Shown one piece after another: positions 1-12,000 of a stretch of 64,000 nucleotides of DNA (position 1 is the first letter of the stretch; each line of letters begins with the position of its first letter). The notes under the pieces are model-generated. The model worked only from the letters and a program-made list of their open reading frames with translations. It was not told the origin of the DNA and made no database searches. The position numbers and the translations under genes were made by a program. This DNA comes from Parcubacteria group bacterium GW2011_GWD2_42_14 (GTDB lineage: Bacteria > Patescibacteriota > Minisyncoccia > Phycocordibacterales > UBA12088), in contig LCCS01000007.1 in assembly GCA_000998045.1 (NCBI GenBank), positions 5,220-69,219 of the forward strand, written 5' to 3'.

Positions 1-3000
1 TTGTTGCCGAAGGTACACTGTTACCGAATGTACCACCAACCGCTACCGAGTTACCGCTCTCCACAGTAAATGAGCTTGCATTTGTTATTGACCAGTTTCC
101 CGTAGAAGTTGCGTTTGTTTGAATTGTCCAACCGCCTGTCGCACTATTGAACGTCACGTGTGCAAACGTATTTTGACCTGTCGAAACTGTTCTGCCCGTA
201 GCTGTGGAGTTAAAGAGTACCGTGCCACCATTACTGTTCCACGTACCCCCAGTTGTTTCAAAACTTCCTCCCACAGTAAATACCCCCGTTGGTAATGTAG
301 AGGTACCTGCTAAGAAGCGGACTGTTCCACTTGCAGTAAGGTTGGTATCGGTAAATGCAAACGAACCACCTTCACCACTTACAATCACATTAAAGAGTGC
401 TGAGCCGTTGGTGCTTATTGTTTCAATAGTTGGTGAAGTAAAGCGAAGTGTTCCACCATTTGCGTTAATTGTACCCCCTGTCGTAACAAGTGATTTCCCA
501 ATCGTGAGTGTTTCTGCTGGATAGGTCAAGGTCCCATTTTGCAGTCGCATTGAACCAGACGACGTCGCATTTTGATCGGTCCATGACCAACTTCCTGTAC
601 CATTTACAGTGACATTGAAGAAGGGTGAATTATTTTGGTACAGCGTTTTCGCACCACTTCCTATAAGCTCAACCGTTCCATTATTATGCACAAATACACC
701 GCCAGAATTTGTAATATTTCCTGAAACCGTTGTGGTGCCAACCGTTAAGGTAAGTGTTCCCGTCGCAACGGTTAGATTTCCACCAATAGTTACCTGGCTT
801 GGTACAAAAGCCCAATTACCACCCACACCGTTCGCGGTAATGTTGTACCAAGCAGATGTTCCAGAATCGATCACATGACCAGTCGTCGTCGCAGAAAAAG
901 TTACCGTACCAGAACGAGAAGAAAAGTTTCCACGATTTACAAAGTCACCAACAACTTCAAGTGCGTAGTTTGTTGCTGAAACATCGAAAGTATTTCCTAT
1001 CTCAATAGTAAGATAGGTAAGCTTTGCTGGTGCACCTAATCGTACTATTTTTGAAGAACCATTTATATGAACCTTACCAAGGTCTTGTTTTGATACCGTC
1101 GAGTCAGTGATAACTCCTACAACTGATCCGTCGAAAGTTGTGGTGCCTATACCTTTCAAGAAAGTCGTGCCATTCGAAAGCGAAAGATTACCCCCGATAT
1201 AGAGACTTGCACTGGACGCATAGAGCGTGCCGTACGCCACACTTACTGATGCTTCAACGTCAAAGATACCGCCGAGCGTAAAGAGTGCAGTACCAGACGT
1301 TTGTCCAAACGTAACCGTGTTGAACGAACTTGCTGATGCTCCTGTTGCATCTACCAACTCATTGGTCGACGTAGCCGTAAATATGACGGTTGAACCCCCA
1401 GCCGTAAAGGTGCCGTTGTTGTCCCATGATCCGGACACATAGAGTGTGTTGTTGTCAGGAGTAATGGTACCGTTTATCTCTACATCATGTGCATAGAGTG
1501 TTCCGGAGTTTGAACTGTCTGGTCGGTAAGCAAAATTACTGCGAACTATAAGCTCTACATCACCGCACGTTCCAGACGCTGATGCACAGACGTACAAATC
1601 ATTACCTATATCTACATCAAAGAACACGTCCTCATCACCTGATACTGAGTAATCGTATAGCCCAATGAGTGCATTTGTGGTAGTAGTTGCATCATCTGAA
1701 CCAAGGGTAAGATGTCGTTCGTATAAAGGAATATTCGTCACATTGCCGACTCCATCATACGCAGTAACTGCAGCAGCTTCACTCGCATCACTTGCTCCAT
1801 CAATGAAGACCATAATTGTGTCTCCAGGGAAAGCAGTAACGTTTGCTATTGACCACGTACCACCTCCGCCAATTGTCCCTGTCTTACCGCTCTGCAATAC
1901 TCCATTAACAGCGACTGCAACAGTTCCTGATGTTACGTTTGTTGTCTGGTCATACTGTTTCGCAGTACCAGATACCGTCACTCCCTCAGACCACGTTACT
2001 GTCCAATCAGAGAGTGTTGGACAATCTCCTGCACTGCACGCAAATGAAGCGTTCACTCGAATAAGGTTGTACGTTGTATATGGCATATTTTCCATAGCCA
2101 CAGGTCCCGTCGTAAACCCTGCAGAATTACCTGCGAGCACTCCATCTGGTACAAGAGTCCACGAGTCACCACTGTCCGTTGAGTACTCTATTTGATAGAG
2201 GATATCTGAAGTTCCAGGTGTTGTATCATTCCACGATAATAGATCCCAACGTGGACCTTCTCCATCATAAAAATTAATTGGGCTGGAAATGACTGAACCT
2301 GAGGTTACCGAAGGGTACTTACGTGCACTCATGTGCATCGGCACGTTTGCGGTTGCAAGTGCTGACACGTTTGTTTCAAGCGTTTGACGGGTCGCCCAAA
2401 CACTTCCATTCCAGTGCGACACATCAATATTGGTATTCGCATCATCCCAAGATGCTACGAGGACCACACCATCTCCCGCCCGTACTGTTTGTACTGCCCA
2501 TGAGTCGGTAAAAGTAGAAAGCGCTGTCTCAGGTTGCAATGTAGCAGTATCCCAATACCGGTAAAATCCTGTAATGGTATCTGTATACGGGAATAGCAAG
2601 TATCCATCACGACCTGATGTCGTCTCATACGTACAGTCAAACGAATGACCTCCGTCTTTGCTATTACTATCAATACTTATCTGCGTCACCGCTCCCCACG
2701 CACTACCAGTCCATCTCGTAAAATAAAGACCATTGTTGTTCGCCACATAACACATCGCAAGATTGTCAGAGCCAACATCTTGAACAATTTTCGGGGTTTC
2801 AAGATCGTCTGCTAACGCGACTGATGAGGTTGCGCTCCAACTTGAACCATTCCATGTACGTGAGTGGAAGTTCGCATTTGTATTGTTAGAAGTGACAAAA
2901 ACCGCGTCACCCCCTGACCCTTCATATGCAATATCCATGCCAATGTTTTCAACATCTGCTGCTTCCATGGCTCCCTGCCTTGTACTATTACCCCAACCGC

Positions 3001-6000
3001 TTCCGTTCCAGACTTGGGCTTCAAAGTCGTACGTGGCTTCAGCAGGGTTTGCTCGTGCAGTCATAATAATCTCGTCAGACTCTGGGTCACTTGCAAGTTC
3101 AATCCATTCACAGTTTTGTGTGGAAGCGAGATTGATGGTCGTTGTCGCAGACCAGCTCACACCGTTCCACACACTATATGTTGCCTCACTTCCCCAACAG
3201 GACACCGCCAAAGCATCACCCGAGTCCGTCTCATAAGCAACATCAAATCCACGTCGCACCGCACTTGCAAGGGTAGCTAAACTTACGGGAGCACTCCATG
3301 TCTGTGTAACTGCAGTGTAGACCTGTGCCTTCACCGCACCACTCACACCACCTGTTACGAGCACATACTCGTCACGAGTAGAAGCAGGTGCAGTTCGAGC
3401 CCAGTACATACGTTCTCCGATATTGCTCGCACTTTTTTCAGTACCCCAACTTGTTCCATTCCACATACGGTATCGCGGTGTCTGCAGTACGCCTTCTGCA
3501 TAAACAAGGAGCACATCTCGAACTACGCTCGTAATACGAGCGGTATCAACACCACTTGCCTCAGTACTATTTAAGGTGTCCGTATCAAGCTGCTCATCAG
3601 TTGTTTGATGCCAAGTGGAACTGGTGACAGCTGTATCAACAGTAAAACTTCGCTGTGGTGACCACACGCTCCAAACATCAGCACCACCTGGGTCACGTGC
3701 ACGCACACGCCACCAGTATGTTGAACCGTTCGTTACCGCATCCCCACTCTGTATAACAAAACGAATAGTGTCACCATCAAAGAACGGCGTTGTATCGGTA
3801 GTCGAGGAGGTATTCGTAAATCCTGCATGGGTGTCCGACGAACGTGTCGTCGAACCAGTGAGGAAGGTCGCGTCAGTTGACCAACTTATTTCATATACCA
3901 AATCATTTGTTTCAGGATCAGTTGAATAAAATGTAAATGAAGGCGTTGTGGTACCAACTTTTTCGTTATCAAACAGAGTTAGTAGAGTGGGTTGTTCCAC
4001 TGCATAACCCCAAGAAAGTGTCCAACTTTGGAGTGAAGGACTTGCACCAGCGTTTGTAAACACGGCAACAATACGCAATTCATTGTAGACCGTAGGATCA
4101 AGACCAAGAAGTGAAACTGATGAGTTATCAAAGCCTGCACTGTTACCTGCCAGAGCCCCGTCCGGAATTAGCTCCCACGTTCCTGCGTTGTTGTACTCTA
4201 GTTTGTATTTGAGATCACTTGCAGTCTCAGTATCACTCCACGAGAGTGACCCCCATGCATTGCCTTGTGTACCCCATTCGTAATCAATTGCCGAACTTGT
4301 TGTCGTACCTGTCGTATTCGGTGGTGTGAGAACAATAGAATCAGTCGAAGTCGCTTCAGTTTGTTCATGGGTGTCGGTATCAAATTGATTGAGAGTTGTT
4401 TGGAACCATGTCGTTTCAGTTACTGATGAGATAGTAAGACTGGTAGAATCTGACCACTCACCCCACTCACCACTTCCGCTTGGGTCCCGTGCACGAACTC
4501 TCCACCAGTATGTCGTACCATTCGATAGAGCTGTGGTTGGAACAAGACGCACATTTTCACCGGCATTAAACGGACTTTTGTCGGAAGGAGTTGTTAAGTT
4601 TGTAAACGCTGTAAAATCATCCGAAGAATTCATGTCAATAATAGTAGAACCAAACGTGATATCATCATCAACCTGTATTTGGTAATGCAAATCATCTAGT
4701 TTTACGTCTTCAGCCACAAACTCAAACCACGGGGTCGTCGATGCAAGTGCCTGGTTATCAAAAGGTGCTTCGTGAAGCGGTTTGGTAGGTGGCGCATTCG
4801 TGATAAGTTGCGGATAGGTGTTGTATGCACTTAATTCTGTTCCGTCTGTATGGATGGCACGGAAACAGTAGTTCGTACTAGAGGTTGCATTGTGCTCAAG
4901 TACAAAATCCCACTCACCCTCATTTCCTGTTGTAATGCCGTTTGGATTTGATACTGCAGGATTACTTTCTTCGTATGATTCTACTGTGTCCGACGTCGAT
5001 AACAAGGTTGAGCTCAAGGTTGTGCCATCTGACACTCCATTATTATGGTACCCGCGCCATGGCTCACTTGAACCAATATCACCAACATCAGTCCAAACCA
5101 TGTCACTGCTACAGGTAACCCCTTCCGCCCATTGCAACTTTACCTCTATTGAAGATGCGCTCAAGCTCACATTCGTGTCGAGGATAGAAAGACGTAATCG
5201 AAGCACTGAACCAAAACTCGGAGCAAACGTTGCCGGAATCGGCGTACTTTCATCAACTGCATCACTTCCTACTGGCCACACATCACTCGGGCTCAGTGAG
5301 TCAACATTCGTATACCAACGATATTTATTCTCACTTAAATACGGCTGTCGCTCCCACGAGAGAGACCAGTCGTCAAGGGTTGGAGTTTGTGCAACTGTTG
5401 ACGTAAGATTTGTTTTAATACAAAGCATGTTATACGTCGATGTAGAAAGGCCTGAAAGATTGAGCGGGCTAGCAGTTGCATCAAATCCTGTGGAGTTACC
5501 CGAAAGGACAGCATCAGGTACGAGCACATTACAAGCTGCTGTGGTTGTTGCGTAGTAGACTTGGAGCGTTGCATTGGTTCCTACAGGTTCAGTCGTATTC
5601 CAAATCACCTCTCCCCACGATGGTTGACCAATAACGAGGTCGAAATCAACAATAGTTGAAACGATACTTCCTACCGAAGCTTGGTATTGCTGTGCGGCGA
5701 TAGAAATAGGTTCATACCATGGCTCAGCGGTTCGTGAAGGATAGTCATCTATGGTTGTCTTTGTCGTCCAACTGCTTCCATCCCAAGCGCTAAAATCATA
5801 GCGCGTGTTTGTGTTGTCGTGAAAAACAGCAAGTATCTTTCCATCTCCGGTACGTGTGGTATTCACGGTCCATGAATCTTCGACAGAACTGATAGATGCG
5901 CCACTATTTACTAAGTACTGCCATACACTTCCTGTAAAGTAGTTGTACTCAGCATTGACTGTATTTGAATATGCCACCAGATGGTACCCATCCCTTCCTG

Positions 6001-9000
6001 CAGTTGTCTCATACTGACATGATATTGGTCTACCATGTGCATCGGCGTCGGCTACACCGACATCCCCTTCAGTATCATGCTCACGATAGGCCCCCCACGT
6101 ATTCGTGGTTCCATTCCAAAAGACCGTCCCCATATCGTCATCTTCATCTATATAACAGAGTGCCATATCATCAGTTCCGTTGTCTGAAGCTACCTGCCCC
6201 CATTCAAAGTCATCACCCAAACCTACCGTGCCACCAGTACCCCACGATGAACCATCCCATGAGTTGTAAGCAAAGTTACCATTCTGACCATTTGAAATAA
6301 CAATAACTGCATTGGTGCCACTCTCTTCATATCCTATAGCAATACCCTCGCGCGCGGCTTCGTCTCCTGCTCCTCCGGTATACGAGCTACCCCAACTTCC
6401 CGCAACCGGGTCATACACCTGCGCTTCATAGTCAGGATTAGCTTGGGCGACATTGGCTCGCGCTACCATAATGAGCTCATCGGAGGATGGGTCTGCTGCC
6501 ATAGCGAGCCACTCGCAATTTTGCGTAAACGTGAGGTCAATAGTCGACGTCGCAGACCATGCTGTTCCATTCCATACCGCGTAGCTTGGGTCTTGATTCC
6601 CATCACAGTAGGCAACCACAGCATTTCCTGATTGCGTTTGATACTGTACATCAAAAGCCTTATACGCTGGACTTCCAACTGTCGGGGTTACCTCCCATAA
6701 GTTTCCCCATGTACCCGTTGTTCCATTATAAATTTGTACATTCACGTCACCCCCCGTATCTTGTGTTGCCAAAATGTACTCATTACGAGTTGTTGCTGCA
6801 CGAAGCGTTGTCCAGCTTATTTGCCCGCCGACACTAAGTGCTGAAGATGATGCGGACCATGCGGTACCATTCCATATGCGATAGTGTGGTGAGGTGTTAG
6901 TGTTTGAACCATATGCCACCATAGCTCCTACAGGCGGTGTTGTTGCAAGACGTACTTTGTTGGCACCATAGGTTTCTGTGCCTGAAAGTGTTCCCTGGTC
7001 AAACTGTGTATCTTCTGTTTGTATCCACGCTTTTGGACTGGTGTTTTCTACATAGGTAAAGCTCAAAATATCACTCCACTCTCCATAAATACCGGATCCA
7101 ATGTCCTTTGCTCGCACGCGCCAATAGTAGGTGGTACCTGTCGTAAGCGCACTTTGCATAGTAAAGCGAATACGATTACCTTCTGTAAAGGGTGAGGTAT
7201 CCCCTCCACTTACAGTATTGGTAAAACAGTTTGGCGAACACCCAGCTTCATTGTCGGAAGTACGGTCCCCAAGTGGAGAGGTTGCGACATCTGCATCATC
7301 ATCCCATTGAATTTCATAGATGATATCGGTTGCTCCGTCTGGATCCAGTGCGCTAAATTCAAAGTATGGCGTACTGCTACCTGTTTTTTCGTTATCAAAG
7401 GGAACATTGTAGAGAATTGGCTCGTCTGCCGGGTAATTACTTGCAGACCAATATCCCGCAAGATAGAAGTTGTCTGCGGCAGTACTCTCGGTGTAGTACT
7501 CTATGGTTGAGCTTGCATCACTTCCCGCGGTAACCATCATCCTTGATGGTGTCACTCCCGTAGAACCTCCCTCAGCTTCATGGAGATCAAGTACTCGTCC
7601 CAAAGAAGAACCGTTTGTGCGAACGCCAAGTTCTATCGCACCGTTTGCATCAGCATTGTTTGCAAACACTACTTCAGCAATCCCTGTAGGGGGAACAGTG
7701 AGATTGTCGAGTCGACGATCTGTCCATGTTGTGTTTGCTGTAGGACCTCCGAGATCACTCCAACTTTCTTTATAGGTCAAACCTGTCGGCATCGTGTCCC
7801 AGTATCCGGACAAAATAAAGTCTACATCGGTACCTATTCCAGGGCCATCATCGTCACTGTATGTTTCCACCCGTGCAGTCGACGTCGTCGCTTGAACAAA
7901 CATCGTGGCATACGTATCTCCACCAGTCTCTGGCTCATGCAAACGTATGTATCTGTTTAATGCTGAACCATCGGTACGTACTCCTGCGAGAAAGTCGGTA
8001 TTAGCTTGATTGTTTACCATCACAATTTCTGCCACATCTCCTTGGGTAAGACCATACGTGTTGAGATCCCAGTTGACCCAAGCATCATCAGTCGTACTTG
8101 GATCAGTGGTATCAAAACGCTCAACATATACACCATCGGTCCAGTACCCAAGGATACGAAACGTGACGAGTGTTGCACTATCTGCGTAGTACTGTATTGA
8201 TGAGCTTGCTGAAGCGGTGACATGTACCGTTACCTCTGACATACCTTCCACACCAGTACCTGTCGTCTCCGCCTCATGGAGCAGGAAGCGTCTATCAAGC
8301 GTGGAAGAGGCATGACGTACTCCAGCATACAGTTCATTTCCATAGTCGGTGTTGATGAGTGCCATTTCAATGACAGCGTTTGCAGGAATATTGTAGGGGG
8401 CACCTGAGAGATCAATTGTAGTCCACGCTCCAGTTGTGCTCGGTGTGATTGAGATAAACTGCTCAACGTATTGTCCAAGGGCATCACTTGCTAGCTTCCA
8501 CGTACGACTCTCAATAAATGCGGTTTGTCCTCCGATACGTATTTCTGCAGGTCCGAGGAGGTAGACATACGGAGAGACATCGGGTGCATCGTACTCATAG
8601 CGAAACACCTGTGTTTCTCCAGCTTGCAATTCAACATTCCACACGAGTCTCTTTGCTCGTCCCCACATGGTCGTTTCAGCATCCCCCGTGTCAATAAGTT
8701 CAAAGTCTATCGGAATCGCTTCGACAACCTCACCGACAAAGTCTGCGGTCGCTGTTACCGCAAGCTCCATCACATATGAAGCTTTGGGCCAAATACGAGT
8801 CGCACCATGTCGTTCTATGATATACGATTGTGACTCAGCGACTTCAAAGGAGTCAGTTATCTGATGTACTACCTCACCGTCTAGGTTTACGTGAGTAAGG
8901 GTAATACCATATTTTCCCACTTCGTGTGGTCGATACCATGCAAGATAGTCAGGATCATCTGTTACATTGTTTGCTCCACAGGTCGGCTGAGGTTCCACCC

Positions 9001-12000
9001 GTATCTCTTCGGCATCCCCTTCGGGGGTGGTAAGGGTGAGTCGTAACTCGGCATCACAAATTGTGTCTCCTTTATCGTCAAGAGCAGCCATGTGGAATTT
9101 GGTCAAATCATCCATCTTATAGACAGACTGTGGTGTATTTATAACTAAAACTCCCCAATAAAAATCAAAACTATCCGAGTATGCAGTTCCTGTTTCGTCT
9201 ACCGTAAGGGCGAGCGTGTACTTTCCTGGTACCAACTCACGAGGCATTTCAAGTATGTGAATCGTCCATTCACCCTCAACGCCATACACGATTTCAAAAT
9301 GTGCGTCTTCAACAAGAGCTCCATCGCGCATAAGGTGCACCTCAGTTACTTGCGCCAACCTGTCTCTAAAAAGACCACTCCAAAAACGTGAAAATTTCCC
9401 TTTCTGGGGGCGGTACTTAAGTGAAAATGTGATGTCCTCCCCTATAGCAAAATCTTTAAGTGCCTCCCGAAAATCATGCAATTGCGGTACCTGAAGATTT
9501 CGTAGGTAGTTGATGTGGTCAAACAGATTTTTTGAAAGAAGTGATTCAAACACACCCACTGCAGGCAGAGGCAGCTCCTCGACAGCACCAAGAGTAGTTG
9601 GGACAACAACCTCTTTGTAGCGAGCCAAACGATACTCGATTCCGCCTTCTGGATATCGTACTTCCTCTACATGCATGTCAGGTGGATAAGAAAGCAACAA
9701 ATCTCGAACGCCTGCAGTCAATTCTTCACCGGAGAGTCGTACCTGCAGTGGTCCTTGTGAAGAGAGTGTTTCTTCACCTCCCTCAACAAGCAATGCTTGT
9801 GATACACCTCGTACGAGAGTGATAGGCTCGTTGTCTCTTGACTGCACACGTGCATTCTCATACTCACTTACAAGAGAGAGTACGGCGCCGTCGGAAGGTT
9901 TTGTAATACCCGCATAGGCAATAGGTTCCGGTGTCAGTTGTGGCGCGAGTAGTCGAGAAGCTGAAGTCACTTGCTCGTTTCCAAAATAGGCAAACAAGGT
10001 TCTCGTGGCGAAAGCTTCTCTCTCAAGCTCGACCATATAGGTAGCAAGCTGGTCAACATATGAGTAGTCTCCTGGCCGTGAAGGAACTTCTTTTCGCGTC
10101 GCTGGGTCATAAAAACGCACATCAGCACCATCAAGAGCAGCCCGCTCAAAAAATTCAGAATGAGTACGGTCTATACGTACCTCATATAGTCCTGGAACAT
10201 CACCGTCAAGTGATTCACCTGCCTCGAAGGTAACGGGCATACGGTAGCCGAAAGCACTGCGCCACCACATACTTCTAGTCGCATCAGCTTCATCACCTTC
10301 AACCTCTACCACAAATTCACCAGCACGTTGTACTTCAAACTCAAGATCAATTGCAAAGTACCTTGTCTCCCTTGGCATAATCCTGAAATCTCTGTCGGCT
10401 TCCTGAATGCTCGTGAGAAGTGTAGGAGTATTCTCTTCTTCGTCATTGCCAAACAGACGGTCAAAAAAACTTGTGGCACTTCTTCCACCGTCAGTGACCT
10501 CAAGTAATGGAATAGGTTCCCACCCATTTTCATACACCATTGTTTCGCTTATGTTTATTCTGTCATTCCCTACGATACAATTGGTCTTGTCTGCATTAAA
10601 TGAATTACATGTTTCTGTTTGTCCTGTTGCTCTACAGGTGTACGTACTCGTAAGTTCAACTTCTGAAGTATCCTCTACGACTTCGGTTTCTTCATTTGGA
10701 TCAGGGGTGAGTACTTCTGTCTCAAGGGTACCGGTTTCTTCTTCTACCAACATTTCATCTCCACCCTCAGGTTCTTCTCCATGTTCACCTTCAACAAGCG
10801 CTTCTGGTTCAGTGCTTGAAATCACTTCTTCCACAGGCTCAAAAGTTTCTTCTGTTTCAGAAATATTTTTGTCTTGAAAATTTTCTATGTCTGCACTATT
10901 TTGACTGAGCTCCAGGTCCCACCCCGCTTCACAAAAATATGCTACCTCGCTATACACTGGTGTGTCATTTGGAGTGGGAACGTTTTTTATTCGTTCCTCT
11001 AAGCGCATCACCTGCGCCTGATGTCCAGTACGTGTAATGAGGCGGAAATTCTCTTCTCGATTACTCATGTTGGTTACCGCAATGTATGCACGTGCGGTAG
11101 TAAGTCCGTTGTACACATCAAAATCACTTCGTAGTACCAACTCGTCCCCAGGCACATACTCCGTAGCGGTAAGCTCGATTCTTTTCTCATTTTCTATGAG
11201 CACATCTGGTCGCCCTGAATCTTCAAGCACCGCAAGCTCGTGCAGAATGTTACTTACTTCAGGCAATGTTTGGTCAACTGATTCAGCCTCATAGGTTGTG
11301 TCTATCCACACACTGTCGACAAACAGTTCAGTACGGACTTCACCCTGTCGCACGTATTCAAGTTCAACGCGAAAATCATTAAGGGCATCCCATGACTGCA
11401 CATTGGGAAGCTGAAATGCAAAGTGACCACCGTTGTCATAGTTGCTTAAAGTTTTATCTAACAATATTTCTCCAGCCACATACCATGCACCACGGTACTG
11501 GTATCGAACCAAAAGCTTGTCAGGAGTAAAACTTTCTCCAAGAGTTTGTGCTGCAAGTGAAATACGAAGCTCGTATCCTTTTACCGTAAAATCAGAAAGT
11601 ACGCTTCCAATATCAAATCCGGTAAATTGGATTGTGTGGCACTCTATTCCCAACACCTGACACACGCGCACGTCCTCCTCTGCTTGAATGATATCGTCTG
11701 TATTCCCCTCCGTATTTTGATTTTCTGAAGTTGCACCTTCTGAAACTTCACCATTTTCAGTTGAATCAACTTCCTCTACACCCTCTACTGGTTCGGTTCC
11801 CTCTTCAGCTTCTCCAGATACTTCTACTGATTCTTCCAAAACAGGTTCCTCTACCGATTCATCTTGAGAACCTACCTCAGTGGTAGACTCACCTGTGTCT
11901 TGTGCACGTGCCGTGTATCCAACAAAACCTCTTGAAACATTAAGGAGATACCTCCCCACAGAAATGTCCGGAAGGGGTAGTATTTCTTCTTCACTATTCT

